Source: an uncultured Actinomycetota bacterium (GTDB lineage: Bacteria > Actinomycetota > Actinomycetes > S36-B12 > UBA10799). Taken from it: DNA of 64,000 bases. The stretch covers positions 887,722-951,721 of the forward strand of contig CAVYLN010000001.1 in NCBI GenBank assembly GCA_963769435.1. The letters run 5' to 3'. Under the pieces are notes generated by a model that was not told the origin of the DNA, searched no databases, and worked only from the letters and a program-made list of their open reading frames with translations. The translations under genes and the position numbers were made by a program. Of the stretch, positions 8,920-25,792 are shown piece after piece (the stretch's first letter is position 1; each line of letters starts with the position of its first letter).

Positions 8920-11229
8920 ATGGGACACCTTTCACGGTGGGCAGTCCGCAAACCAGTCATCGCGATCATCTCGTGGTTCGTTCTGATCGTCGTCATCGGC
9001 GTGCTCGGCGGCCGCTTCGGCGGGGAGTTGAAGGACTCGTTCGAGCTGCCCGGCACCGAATCCCAGGTGGCCCAGAACCTGCTGGCCGAGACCGCCGGCG
9101 CGAACGCAGCCTCCGGCGCAACCGCGAACCTAGTGTGGGGTGTCGACAGCGGCACCGTGGAGGAGTCGGGCGTCAAGCAGACGATCACGCCTCTGATGGA
9201 GAAGTTCGCAGACCTCGAAGGTGTGGCCTGCGTGACCTCTCCCTATGGTCAGACCTACGGACCGTCATGCCCTGAACAGCAGCAAGCCGACCCCGACGCA
9301 CCGCAGCCACCGCCGGAGATCCAGGCCGAGATCGACAAGGCCAAGGCTGCAGCTGCGATCGCCACCTCGCCGATCAGCAAGGACAAGAAGGTCGCCACCG
9401 CGACGATCCTCTTCGACAGCGCGACCGATGTCCCGTCCGCGACCGCGTCCACCATCATCGACGACGTGGAGGCCGCCAACGGCACCAACGACGTGACGAT
9501 CGGGGCCAACGGCCAGGTGCTGGCCTTCGCCGGGCAGGAACCCCCCAGTGGCGAGGCCATCGGCATCCTCGTCGCGATCATCATCCTGCTGATCGCCTTC
9601 GGTTCGGTCGTGGCGGCGGGCCTGCCCATCGTCACGGCGGTGTTCGGTCTGGGCGCGGGCCTGTCGCTGGTGACGTTCACGGCCAGCTTCTTCACTGTCG
9701 CAACGTTCGCACCGACCTTGGCCGCGATGATCGGACTCGGCGTCGGCATCGACTACGCCCTGTTCATCCTCAACCGTTTCCGGCAGGCGGTCATGGCCGG
9801 ACACGAACCCAAGGACGCAGCCCTCGAGTCGGTCAACACGGCCGGGCGAGCGGTGCAGTTCGCGGGGACGACCGTGATCATCGCGCTGCTGGGCCTGTTC
9901 GTGCTGGGTATCGGCTTCTTCAACGGTCTTGCCGTCGCCGCATCCCTGACCGTGGCCATGGTGATGCTGTCCGCGGTCTGGTTGCTGCCGGCCCTGCTGT
10001 CCCTTCTCGGCAACAAGTCACTCGGACTGCGCATGCCGTGGGCACGCAAGCAGAAGGAATGGCACCCCGAGGGCGGCGCCTGGGCCCACTACGGCCGTCA
10101 GTTGCAGAAGCGCCCCTGGATGTACACCATCGCGGCGGCAGCCCTTGTGGTCGTCCTGGCGATCCCCTACTTCAGCATCCGGCTCGGTTTCCCAGACGAC
10201 AGCGGCCAGCCGGCCGGCAGCCCGTCGCGGATCGCCTACGACCTGACCGCCGAAGGCTTCGGGCCGGGCGCCAACGGCCCGTTCTTCGTGGCCGTGCAAC
10301 TGCCGTACGCGCTGGACGAGGACTCCCTGCGAAGCCTCATCGTGGATCTCAACGAGACCCCTGGAGTGGACCGGACGATCCCGACGGTGGACATGGTGCC
10401 GATCTCGGTGACCCCCAACCAGACGATCACCGCGATCCAGGTCGTGCCGACCACCAGTCCGCAGGATCCCGCAACCGAACAGTTGCTCGAGCGCCTGCGC
10501 AACGAGACCATCCCCAACGCCGAGCAGAACACCACGATGCGGGCGTACGTGGGCGGCGCACAGGCGGTGACCGCGGACTTCACCACCGTGCTCGCGGAGT
10601 CGCTTCCAGTCTTCCTCGCCGTCGTGGTGGGACTCGGGTTCTTGGCACTGACGTTGCTGTTCCGGTCCCTCATCGTGCCGCTGATCGGGGCCGTGACTTC
10701 GCTACTGAGTCTCGGAGCGGCGCTCGGTGTGACTGTGGCCATCTTCCAGTGGGGATGGGGCGCGAGCCTGATCGGGGTCACAGCCACCGGCCCGATTCTT
10801 CCGTTCCTGCCGATCATGGTGTTCGCGATCCTGTTCGGCCTGTCCATGGATTATCAGGTGTTCCTGGTCAGCCGGATGCACGAGGAATGGGTGCACACCC
10901 ACGACAACCCACTGTCGGTTCGTCGAGGCCTGGCGGGCTCGGGGCGTGTGGTCGCGATCGCAGCCGCCATCATGTCCAGCGTGTTCCTGGCGTTCATCCC
11001 GACGCCCGAGGACACGATCAAGCTGTTCGGCGTCGGACTTGCCACCGCGGTCCTGGTCGATGCCTTCATCATCCGCTTGATCCTGGTGCCGAGCCTGATC
11101 AGCTGGATCGGTCCGCCCACCTGGTGGTTGCCCAAGTGGCTCGGGTTCCTCCCCGAGGTGCATATGGAGGCGGAGGGCTCGTCCGACGAGATCGTCGACG
11201 ACGACCCGGAACTGGTCGTGGCCAAGTAG
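8920..11229 (+). CDS. MMPL-family (RND superfamily) membrane transporter
   Basis: GAGGAG RBS before ATG 8920. Two hydrophobic helix bundles, each preceded by a large soluble loop. Signatures GIDYALFILNRFR and GLSMDYQVFLVSRMHEE. Confidence 0.9.
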   Translation: MGHLSRWAVRKPVIAIISWFVLIVVIGVLGGRFGGELKDSFELPGTESQVAQNLLAETAGANAASGATANLVWGVDSGTVEESGVKQTITPLMEKFADLEGVACVTSPYGQTYGPSCPEQQQADPDAPQPPPEIQAEIDKAKAAAAIATSPISKDKKVATATILFDSATDVPSATASTIIDDVEAANGTNDVTIGANGQVLAFAGQEPPSGEAIGILVAIIILLIAFGSVVAAGLPIVTAVFGLGAGLSLVTFTASFFTVATFAPTLAAMIGLGVGIDYALFILNRFRQAVMAGHEPKDAALESVNTAGRAVQFAGTTVIIALLGLFVLGIGFFNGLAVAASLTVAMVMLSAVWLLPALLSLLGNKSLGLRMPWARKQKEWHPEGGAWAHYGRQLQKRPWMYTIAAAALVVVLAIPYFSIRLGFPDDSGQPAGSPSRIAYDLTAEGFGPGANGPFFVAVQLPYALDEDSLRSLIVDLNETPGVDRTIPTVDMVPISVTPNQTITAIQVVPTTSPQDPATEQLLERLRNETIPNAEQNTTMRAYVGGAQAVTADFTTVLAESLPVFLAVVVGLGFLALTLLFRSLIVPLIGAVTSLLSLGAALGVTVAIFQWGWGASLIGVTATGPILPFLPIMVFAILFGLSMDYQVFLVSRMHEEWVHTHDNPLSVRRGLAGSGRVVAIAAAIMSSVFLAFIPTPEDTIKLFGVGLATAVLVDAFIIRLILVPSLISWIGPPTWWLPKWLGFLPEVHMEAEGSSDEIVDDDPELVVAK

Positions 11230-11250
11230 CCACCGGCCCACCCGGCGGCG

Positions 11251-11300
11251 CACAAGCGAGAGCCCCCGGTCCACAACTGGACCGGGGGCTCTCGCTTGTG
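11251..11300. terminator. bidirectional stem-loop between convergent MMPL and rpoC genes
   Basis: Perfect 23-bp inverted repeat CACAAGCGAGAGCCCCCGGTCCA / TGGACCGGGGGCTCTCGCTTGTG with a 4-nt loop (CAAC). Confidence 0.7.
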
Positions 11301-11303
11301 GCT

Positions 11304-15143
<3,840 letters not shown>

Positions 15144-15209
15144 GTGGTGGTCCTTTGCTGTCTCGTTTGTGGACTGTATGGCTTGTTTGCAGTGACCTGC
15201 GTTGGTCCG

Positions 15210-18653
<3,444 letters not shown>

Positions 18654-18871
18654 GTGAGATCCTTCCGAGGCTCGCGGGGTGCTGGATGCGCACAACACAA
18701 TCGGCCGTCTTCGGCGATCCGGACACGGGACAGCATCCAGGCAACGTCAAACGGCTAATCCATGGCATGTGCAGAACACCAGGGTAACTGAGGTGGGTTG
18801 AGGTGCAACATAGGGGGGCCAACTCATTATGTTGGCCGCTATCGGCCGATCCGTCAAGCCGGCCGCGAAAT

Positions 18872-18917
18872 ACGTCCAGCCGTCACAGGGGCGTGTACCC
18901 CCGCGACGGCTGGACGT
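18872..18917 (-). terminator. stem-loop just downstream of rplL (terminator/attenuator before rpoB)
   Basis: 13-bp inverted repeat ACGTCCAGCCGTC / GACGGCTGGACGT enclosing a smaller GGGG..CCCC hairpin, 11 nt after the rplL stop. An rplL-rpoB attenuator is known in other bacteria. Confidence 0.5.
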
Positions 18918-18927
18918 CAGGTGTGGA

Positions 18928-19320
18928 CTACTTGACCGAGACGCTGGCGCCGGCGCCCTCGAGGGACTCCTTGGCCTTGTCGGCGGCTTCCTTGTTGACC
19001 TTCTCGAGAACGGGCTTCGGGGCACCCTCGACCAGGTCCTTGGCCTCTTTGAGTCCGAGGCTGGTCAGCGCGCGGACCTCCTTGATGACCTGGATCTTCT
19101 TGTCGCCGGCGGCCTCGAGGATGACGTCGAACTCGTCCTTCTCCTCAGCGGCTTCGGCGTCTCCGCCGGCGCCACCGGCGGGGGCAGCAGCGGCCACGGC
19201 AACCGGGGCAGCGGCGGTCACGCCGAAGGTCTCCTCGAACTCCTTGACGAACTCGCTGAGCTCGAGCAGGGTCATTTCCTTGAATGCGTCCAGCATCTCT
19301 TCGGTGGACAGCTTCGCCAT
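18928..19320 (-). CDS. rplL: 50S ribosomal protein L7/L12
   Basis: 130 aa: [34 protein letters not shown], an Ala-rich hinge, and C-terminal [24 protein letters not shown]. Confidence 0.97.
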   Translation of the reverse strand: MAKLSTEEMLDAFKEMTLLELSEFVKEFEETFGVTAAAPVAVAAAAPAGGAGGDAEAAEEKDEFDVILEAAGDKKIQVIKEVRALTSLGLKEAKDLVEGAPKPVLEKVNKEAADKAKESLEGAGASVSVK

Positions 19321-19376
19321 GATGGCGTCCTTTCTTCGGTTCCGGTTTCGCCGGAAGATTGCGGGTTGGGTGGTGG

Positions 19377-20059
19377 TTATTCGGACTCGGGGGTGGCCTC
19401 GGCCGCAGGAGCCTCAGCCTCGGGGGTGGCCTCGGCCGCAGGAGCCTCAGCCTCGGGGGTGGCCTCGGCCGCAGGAGCCTCAGCCTCGGGGTGGCCTCGG
19501 CCGCAGGAGCCTCAGCCTCGGGGGTGGCCTCGGCCGCAGGAGCCTCAGCCTCGACCTTCGCCCGCAGGGCTTCGATGACCCGAGCGGTCTGCGACAGCGG
19601 GGCAGCGAACAGCGACACCGCGGTCTGCAACGAGGCGTTCATCGCGCCGGCGAGCTTGGCGAGCAGCACCTCACGGGACTCCAGGTCGGCGAGTTTGCTG
19701 ATGTCGGCGGCGCTGAGCACCTTGCCGTCCATCACGCCGCCCTTGATCACCAGCGACGGGTGCTCCTTGGCGAAAGTGCGAAGACCCTTGGCCGCCTCGA
19801 CCGGGTCCCCCTCCACGAATGCGATCGCGCTCGGTCCGACGAGCCACTCGTCGATACCCTCCACACCGGCATCCTTCGCGGCGATCCGGGTGAGCGTGTT
19901 CTTCACGACCGCGTAGGTGGTGTCCTGGCCGAGGTTGGTGCGCAGTTGCTTGAGTTGCGAGACGGTGAGGCCGCGGTACTCGGTGAGCACGGACGCGGAG
20001 GAGTTGCGGAACAACTCGGTGATCTCGGTGACGGCGGCTTGCTTGTCAGGCCGTGCCAT
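19377..20059 (-). pseudogene. rplJ: 50S ribosomal protein L10 with a C-terminal tandem-repeat tail; frame broken by a 1-nt deletion inside the repeat (probably functional or a consensus error)
   Basis: [40 protein letters not shown] from ATG 20059. The tail encodes [11 protein letters not shown] five times and ends ESE-TAA at 19377-19379. One repeat copy has GGGG instead of GGGGG (19488-19491), so the literal frame runs on to 19145 across rplL. Confidence 0.85.
19389..19552. repeat. perfect 33-bp tandem repeat, 5 copies (copy 4 is 32 bp)
   Basis: The unit GGGGGTGGCCTCGGCCGCAGGAGCCTCAGCCTC sits at 19389, 19422, 19455, 19488 (one G short) and 19520, with no spacers. Confidence 0.95.
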
Positions 20060-20095
20060 GGGTTTCCTTCCGGCAGTGCGCCGAAACGACAAGAA

Positions 20096-20117
20096 GCCCA
20101 GGCGCACAGGCCTGGGC
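20096..20117 (-). promoter_or_regulatory. stem-loop plus U-rich tract in the rplJ 5' leader (possible attenuator / L10 leader element)
   Basis: GCCCAGGC-6 nt-GCCTGGGC. On the minus-strand RNA it is followed by UUCUUGUCGUUUCGG, 37 nt upstream of the rplJ ATG. The leader is 241 nt long (20060-20300). Confidence 0.35.
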
Positions 20118-20258
20118 TCGAAGGAGCGGCACCTGCGCTGGATTTATGCCTGAACTCACTGGCGACCGGCGGTCTTTGGTTCTCGATCAGTGTACATGCG
20201 TCCTGCCCGGGCGTTCACCGGTGGGTCAGGGCTGCGTTGACGACGGCCCGCGCGAATG

Positions 20259-20290
20259 CCAGAGCCCCCGGCGGGCACCGGGGGCTCTGG
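20259..20290 (-). terminator. stem-loop immediately downstream of rplA
   Basis: 13-bp inverted repeat CCAGAGCCCCCGG / CCGGGGGCTCTGG with a 6-nt loop, 11 nt after the rplA stop (20301). Confidence 0.55.
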
Positions 20291-20300
20291 TCGGGACTGG

Positions 20301-20996
20301 TCAGGCCTCGCGGCCGCGACTGGCATCGACCTGGATGCCCGGACCCATGGTCGTCGACATGACGACCTTGCGGATGTAGCGACCCTTCGCGGTCGACGGC
20401 TTGAGCCGGATGACCTCGTCGAGGGCGGCGTTGTAGTTGTCGGCGAGCTGCTCTTCGGTGAAGTTGGTCTTGCCGATGATGAAGTGCAGGTTCGAGTGCT
20501 TGTCGACCCGGAACTCGATCTTGCCGCCCTTGATGTCGGAGACCGCCTTGTTCACGTCCATGGTGACGGTGCCGGTCTTGGGGTTCGGCATGAGACCGCG
20601 CGGGCCCAGGACGCGGCCCAACTTCCCGACCTTGCCCATCAGGTCGGGGGTCGCGACGACGGCGTCGAAGTCGATCCAGCCGCCGGCGACCTTGTCGATC
20701 AGTTCATCGGAGCCCACGTAGTCCGCTCCGGCGGCGGTGGCCTCCTCGGCCTTCGGTCCGTTCGCGAAGACCAGCACCCTGGCGGTCTTGCCGGTGCCGT
20801 GTGGCAGGTTCACGGTTCCGCGGACCATCTGGTCGGCCTTGCGCGGGTCCACGCCGAGCCGCATTGCGACCTCGACAGTGGCGTCGAATTTGGTCTTCGA
20901 CGTCTGCTTGGCAAGAGCGACGGCCTCGTCCGCGGAGTAGACGCGGTCCCGGTCCACCGTCTCGGCGGCGTTCCTGTAGTTCTTTCCCTTTGGCAT
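20301..20996 (-). CDS. rplA: 50S ribosomal protein L1
   Basis: 231 aa: [53 protein letters not shown]. Confidence 0.97.
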   Translation of the reverse strand: MPKGKNYRNAAETVDRDRVYSADEAVALAKQTSKTKFDATVEVAMRLGVDPRKADQMVRGTVNLPHGTGKTARVLVFANGPKAEEATAAGADYVGSDELIDKVAGGWIDFDAVVATPDLMGKVGKLGRVLGPRGLMPNPKTGTVTMDVNKAVSDIKGGKIEFRVDKHSNLHFIIGKTNFTEEQLADNYNAALDEVIRLKPSTAKGRYIRKVVMSTTMGPGIQVDASRGREA

Positions 20997-21061
20997 CGTG
21001 ATCTCCTTAATCGAGTGTGGTCTGCGGGGCGATGCTCTACCCCTCCCACGTGCGGGTGGTG

Positions 21062-21490
21062 CTAGTCGGTGACTGTGACGCCCATGCTGCGTGCGGTGCC
21101 GGCGATGATGTTCATCGCAGCGTCGACGTCATTGGCGTTCAGGTCGGCCATCTTGGTCTCGGCGATCTCCTTGACCTGGGCCTTGCTGATCTTGCCGACA
21201 GGCTGCAGCGGATTCCCGGATCCCTTCTGCAGGCCGGCCGCCTTCAGGATCAACTTGGCCGCGGGTGGGGTCTTGGTGATGAATGTGAACGACCGGTCCT
21301 CGTAGACCGTGATCTCGACCGGGATCACCTGGCCGCGCTGGGATTCCGTGGCCGCGTTGTAGGCCTTGCAGAACTCCATGATGTTCACGCCGTGCTGACC
21401 CAGTGCAGGGCCGACGGGAGGCGCGGGGTTGGCCTGCCCAGCCTGGATCTGCAGTTTGATCAGGCCGGCGACCTTCTTCTTGGGGGGCAT
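21062..21490 (-). CDS. rplK: 50S ribosomal protein L11
   Basis: 142 aa: [46 protein letters not shown]. Confidence 0.97.
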   Translation of the reverse strand: MPPKKKVAGLIKLQIQAGQANPAPPVGPALGQHGVNIMEFCKAYNAATESQRGQVIPVEITVYEDRSFTFITKTPPAAKLILKAAGLQKGSGNPLQPVGKISKAQVKEIAETKMADLNANDVDAAMNIIAGTARSMGVTVTD

Positions 21491-21516
21491 TACGTGTCCT
21501 TTGTCGTTTCGGCGCT

Positions 21517-22569
21517 CTAGTTCTTCTCGATCTGGCTGAAGCTGAGTTCCACCGGGGTCTCCCGGCCGAAGATCTCAACGAGGCCGGTGACCTTCTGGGC
21601 ATCGAGGTTGATCTCGCTGATCGTTGCGTGCAACGTCGCGAACGGTCCGTCAATAACTGTAACCGAGTCCCCAACACCGAAGTCCACCTCGGTCACCCGT
21701 TGCGCGGGGGCTCCCATCGCGCTCGGGCCGCCGGCCTCGGCGGCGACCTTCTTGGGCTCTGGTTTCGGCGCCAGGATGTGGACCACCTCGTCGATGGTCA
21801 GCGGAGTCGGCTCGTGGGTGCTGCCGACGAAGCCGGTGACCCCGGGAGTGTGCCGGACCGCACCCCAACTGTCGTCGGTGTAGTCCATCCGCACCAGCAC
21901 GTAGCCGGGGAACTTGTTGCGCTTCACGGTCTTCTTCTGACCCTGCTTGATCTCCACGACCTCTTCGGTGGGGACCTCGACCTGGAAGATGTAGTCCTCC
22001 ATGTTCAGGGTTCCGATCCGGGTCTCAAGGTTCTGCTTGACCCGCTTCTCGAAGCCTGCGTACGAGTGCACGACGTACCAGAGACCGGGCAGGCTCAGTT
22101 GCTCCTCGCGGAAGGCTTCGACCGGGTCGACCTCTTCCTCTTCCTCGTCGGTGCCATCGGTCTCGATGATCTCGCCGGTCTCCTCGTCCACCACTGGCGG
22201 GAAGTCCTGGGAGTCCTCGACCACAGTCGTCTTGGCGTCGGCGGATTCCACGATCTGGGTCTCGTCGATGTGGACCGATCCGTCCGGGGAGTACGAGGTC
22301 TGGACCTCGTCGCGCACGATCGTGCCGTCGGTCATCTCCGTGGTGACGGTCTCGTCCACCGTGACGCTGCCGTCGGGGGCGGCGATCGCCTCGGTCTCCG
22401 CGGTCACGACGGTGCCGTCCTCGGCCTCCTCGACGTCCACCTGCTCGACCACCGTGGTGCCATCGGGCAATTCGACTGCCTCGAAGGCCTCGGTGCCCGA
22501 GACATCGGCAAGCGACGTGTCCTCGGCGCCCGCATCGGGGTCTGCTGGCCACTGGTCGGGGGTCTGCAT
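21517..22569 (-). CDS. nusG: transcription termination/antitermination factor NusG with a roughly 163-aa acidic N-terminal extension
   Basis: The NGN domain starts at [19 protein letters not shown] and a KOW domain is at the C-terminus ([21 protein letters not shown]). The N-terminus is D/E/T/V-rich with repeated DG[TS]xV motifs. Confidence 0.9.
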   Translation of the reverse strand: MQTPDQWPADPDAGAEDTSLADVSGTEAFEAVELPDGTTVVEQVDVEEAEDGTVVTAETEAIAAPDGSVTVDETVTTEMTDGTIVRDEVQTSYSPDGSVHIDETQIVESADAKTTVVEDSQDFPPVVDEETGEIIETDGTDEEEEEVDPVEAFREEQLSLPGLWYVVHSYAGFEKRVKQNLETRIGTLNMEDYIFQVEVPTEEVVEIKQGQKKTVKRNKFPGYVLVRMDYTDDSWGAVRHTPGVTGFVGSTHEPTPLTIDEVVHILAPKPEPKKVAAEAGGPSAMGAPAQRVTEVDFGVGDSVTVIDGPFATLHATISEINLDAQKVTGLVEIFGRETPVELSFSQIEKN

Positions 22570-22588
22570 CGACTAATCCTCGCTACTC

Positions 22589-22855
22589 TCACTCGCCGAA
22601 CAGGGCGAATACCACTCGGGCCAGGGCCAGGTCGAACAGTGCGATCAGCCCGGCCATGATGACAACGAACACCAGCACCACCCAGGTGTAGGTGATCAAT
22701 TCCTTACGGGTCGGCCAGATCACCTTGCGCAGCTCTGCGACCATCTGGCGCAGGAACAGCGCGATGCGGGCGAACAGACCCTTGCGCTGCTGCTTGCCGG
22801 ATCCCCGTTTCGGGGTCGACGAACCGCCGCCGTCAGCCGTGGTCGGCTCGCTCAC
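22589..22855 (-). CDS. secE: preprotein translocase subunit SecE
   Basis: GTG 22855 with an AAGGAAAGGAAG RBS. 88 aa containing VAELRKVIWPTRKEL and one C-terminal TM helix. The longer track ORF (to 22993) merely reads through tRNA-Trp. Confidence 0.85.
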   Translation of the reverse strand: MSEPTTADGGGSSTPKRGSGKQQRKGLFARIALFLRQMVAELRKVIWPTRKELITYTWVVLVFVVIMAGLIALFDLALARVVFALFGE

Positions 22856-22884
22856 AAACGCTTCCTTTCCTTGCCTGGCTGTTG

Positions 22885-22957
22885 CAGGGCCGGAGGGACT
22901 CGAACCCCCAACCACCGGTTTTGGAGACCGGGACTCTACCAATTGAGCTACGACCCT
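22885..22957 (-). tRNA. tRNA-Trp (anticodon CCA)
   Basis: Minus strand AGGGTCGTAGCTCAATTGGTAGAGTCCCGGTCTCCAAAACCGGTGGTTGGGGGTTCGAGTCCCTCCGGCCCTG folds as a cloverleaf with anticodon loop CTCCAAA. The position upstream of secE is canonical. Confidence 0.9.
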
Positions 22958-23111
22958 ACGGTGACCTCCGACCCGGGTCCACCGGCCGATCATCGATCGA
23001 CCACCGAGAAGCGGGCAGGCTACCGCACAGCGACGCGGTCACCAACGACCACGATACGCGAACCCCCCCAAGCGGTCGACCCCGCCTACAGGTTTCGGCC
23101 AATATACGGTC

Positions 23112-24312
23112 ATGGCCCTTTCCCGTATCTCCCGTCGTGTCGGCAGCATCTCAGAGTCCGCAACTCTCGCGGTGGACGCGAAGGCGAAGGCGCTGAAAGC
23201 CGCCGGGCGCCCTGTGATCGGGTTCGGCGCCGGGGAGCCGGACTTCCCCACCCCCGAGTACATCGTGGAGGCCGCAAAGATCGCGTGTGACGACCCCGCC
23301 ATGCACCGCTACACCCCGGCCGGCGGTCTGCCCGGCCTCAAGGAGGCGATCGCCGCGAAGACGTTACGCGATTCGGGGTTCGAGGTCGCCGCCAATCAGG
23401 TGCTGGTGACCAACGGCGGCAAGCAGGCCCTCTACAACACTTTCGCGGCGTTGCTGGACCCGGGCGACGAGGCGCTCCTGCCCGCTCCCTACTGGACCAC
23501 CTACCCGGAGTCGATCCGCCTCGCCGGGGGTGTCCCGGTCGTCATCCCCACCGACGAGGACACCGGCTACAAGGTCTCCGTCGCCGACCTCGACGAGGCC
23601 TGCACCCCCAACACCAAACTGCTCGTGTTCGTTTCACCGTCCAATCCGACCGGCGCGGTCTACACCCCCGAGGAGGTCACCGCCATCGGACGGTGGGCCG
23701 CGGACAAGGGGATCTGGGTCGTCACCGACGAGATCTACGAACACCTCGTCTACGGCACCGCGCAGTTCTCGTCGATGCCCGTGCAGGTACCCGAACTGGC
23801 CGAAACCTGCGTGATCGTCAACGGGGTGGCCAAGACGTACGCGATGACTGGCTGGCGCGTGGGCTGGATGATCGGCCCGGCCGACGTCGTCAAGGCTGCT
23901 ACGAACCTGCAGTCCCACGCGACCTCGAACGTCGCCAACGTGTCCCAGCGTGCCGCCCTGGCGGCGGTCACCGGCGACCTGTCCGCCGTGGCGACGATGC
24001 GGGAGGCCTTCGACCGGCGCCGTCTGACGATCGTGGACATGCTCAACGCCATTCGACGGCATCACCTGCCCGGTACCGGAGGGCGCGTTCTACGCCTACC
24101 CGAGTGTGCGGGGAGTCCTGGGCCGCAGCATCCGCGGAAAGACGCCCCAGACCTCCGCAGAACTGGCCGAGGTCATCCTCGACGAGGCAGAGGTGGCCGT
24201 GGTGCCCGGCGAGGCGTTCGGGACCGAGGGGTACCTGCGACTGTCGTACGCCCTCGGTGACGAGGATCTCGTGACGGGCGTGCAGCGCATCGCCGACCTG
24301 CTCGCCGAGTAG
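23112..24312 (+). pseudogene. class I/II pyridoxal-phosphate-dependent (aspartate) aminotransferase, frame broken by a 1-nt insertion near 24054
   Basis: N-terminus [36 protein letters not shown], then [10 protein letters not shown] and [16 protein letters not shown]. After NAI the frame shifts (ATT-C-GAC). The continuation [43 protein letters not shown] ends at 24312. Confidence 0.85.
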
Positions 24313-24411
24313 ACGCCCTGTCACAGACGTCCGCGGATTGCCGGTGGTTGCGGCCCGACGGCATGGGCACCAGACGCGCAGATGTGATGGCGACCGCGCG
24401 GCGCAGAGCTC

Positions 24412-25395
24412 CTACAGTCGGCAGCCCCACAGGACCGGCTCCGCCTGCAGGACTATCCCGAAGCGGGCCTGCACCCGGTCGCGGATCTCCCGGGCGAGTT
24501 CCAGTAACTGCACGGTCGTCCCACCGCCCCGGTTCGTGAGCGCCAGCGTGTGCTTCGCCGACACGGCGACCGCAGACCCGGGCAGGGCGAAACCCTTGGG
24601 CACCCCGGCGTGCTCGATCAGCCACGCGGCGCTCGTCTTGAACCGGCCGTCGGGTTGGGGCCAGCCCGGGGCCCCGTCGGGGGGCTGATCGACGAACGGA
24701 TTGGTGAAGAACGACCCCACACTGCGGGTGTCAGGATCAGTCGCGTCGAGCACCATCCCCTTGCCCCGCCGAAGGTCCAGCACGGCCTCCCGCACATCGC
24801 GCAGCGGCACACGGACGCCTGTCTCGACACCGAGGGCGCGGGCCAGCTCCGCATACCTGACGGGGGCGCTGAGCCCGCCCGGTAGGTCGAATGCGACCGC
24901 CAGCACGACGAAATGACCTGGATTGCGTTTGAAGGTGCTGTTGCGGTACTCGAACTGCGCGCGAGCGGCGGGCCAGGTGGTGACCTCCCCCGTGCTCCGG
25001 TCCAGCACCCTCAGCCCGGCGATCGTCGCGGAGACCTCCTGGCCGTACGCACCCACATTCTGGATCGGAGTGGCTCCGGTACTGCCCGGGATCCCGGACA
25101 ACGCCTCGATCCCTGAACGCCCCGCGTCGACCATCGCCGCCACGAACTCGTCCCACGGGGTGCCCGCCGCCACGATGAACTGGTCGCCGTGCCGGGTCCA
25201 GCCCGAGGCCGTGACACGCACCACGGGTTCGGTCACCCCGGCATCCGCGACGACGACGTTGCTGCCACCGCCGAGGACCCGTGCGGTCGGGAGATCCCGC
25301 AGCACCTCGACCAGATCGGCCTGACTGGCGGCGTCGAAGACGGCCGCCTCACCCCCGAGCCCGATCGTGGTCAGTTCGGACAGCCGACGACGCAA
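24412..25395 (-). CDS. murB: UDP-N-acetylenolpyruvoylglucosamine reductase
   Basis: 327 aa with a TTG start. Motifs LTTIGLGGEA, GGGSNVVV, LSGIPGSTGATPIQNVGAYGQE, SVGSFFTNP, SAKHTLAL. Confidence 0.9.
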   Translation of the reverse strand: MRRRLSELTTIGLGGEAAVFDAASQADLVEVLRDLPTARVLGGGSNVVVADAGVTEPVVRVTASGWTRHGDQFIVAAGTPWDEFVAAMVDAGRSGIEALSGIPGSTGATPIQNVGAYGQEVSATIAGLRVLDRSTGEVTTWPAARAQFEYRNSTFKRNPGHFVVLAVAFDLPGGLSAPVRYAELARALGVETGVRVPLRDVREAVLDLRRGKGMVLDATDPDTRSVGSFFTNPFVDQPPDGAPGWPQPDGRFKTSAAWLIEHAGVPKGFALPGSAVAVSAKHTLALTNRGGGTTVQLLELAREIRDRVQARFGIVLQAEPVLWGCRL

Positions 25396-25396
25396 C

Positions 25397-25792
25397 TCAG
25401 ACCGTCCGGACTGTGGCCACGGCGTCCTTGACCACCGGCACCCCGCCGGACGTGGCGGTGAGCACGACGGTCGCGACTTCGCCGTCGATCGCCCCGATCG
25501 TGGCCTCGAGGTCCACCTTCGCGCCGCCTTCCTGCGGCACCACCACAGGTGCGGAGAAGCGCACGGAGAACGACAGCAGTCGCGCGGGGTCCCCGAGCCA
25601 GTCCATGAGCAACCGCCCGAGTTGGGCCTGGGTGTACATCCCGTGCGCGATTACGTCGGGCAGTCCGACCTGCTTGGCGACGGTCTCGTTCCAGTGGATC
25701 GGATTGAAGTCACCGCTGGCGCCCGCGTACATCACCAGGTTGATCCGCTCGATCTTGACTGTCCTACTCGCCACCACATCTCCGACGTTCAT
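25397..25792 (-). CDS. MaoC-like (R)-specific dehydratase subunit (HadB-like)
   Basis: 131 aa: YAGASGDFNPIHWNETVAKQVGLPDVIAHGM hotdog/hydratase motif. The ATG overlaps the upstream partner's stop (ATGA at 25789-25792). Confidence 0.8.
   Translation of the reverse strand: MNVGDVVASRTVKIERINLVMYAGASGDFNPIHWNETVAKQVGLPDVIAHGMYTQAQLGRLLMDWLGDPARLLSFSVRFSAPVVVPQEGGAKVDLEATIGAIDGEVATVVLTATSGGVPVVKDAVATVRTV

Noticed and set aside
19389-19552. Possible CRISPR array because of perfectly repeated 33-bp units.
   Set aside because: The units are directly adjacent with no spacers and lie in frame inside rplJ. No cas genes are present. This is a coding tandem repeat, not CRISPR.
19145-20107. 320-aa read-through version of L10 that extends across the rplL start.
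   Set aside because: The extension ([12 protein letters not shown]...) is produced only by the missing G in repeat copy 4. The repeat frame restored by one base ends at a TAA (19377-19379), giving a normal gene boundary before rplL.
22856-22993. N-terminal extension of secE in the track ORF (134 aa).
   Set aside because: The extra 46 codons are simply the translation of tRNA-Trp and its flank. GTG 22855 with a strong RBS gives a normal 88-aa SecE.
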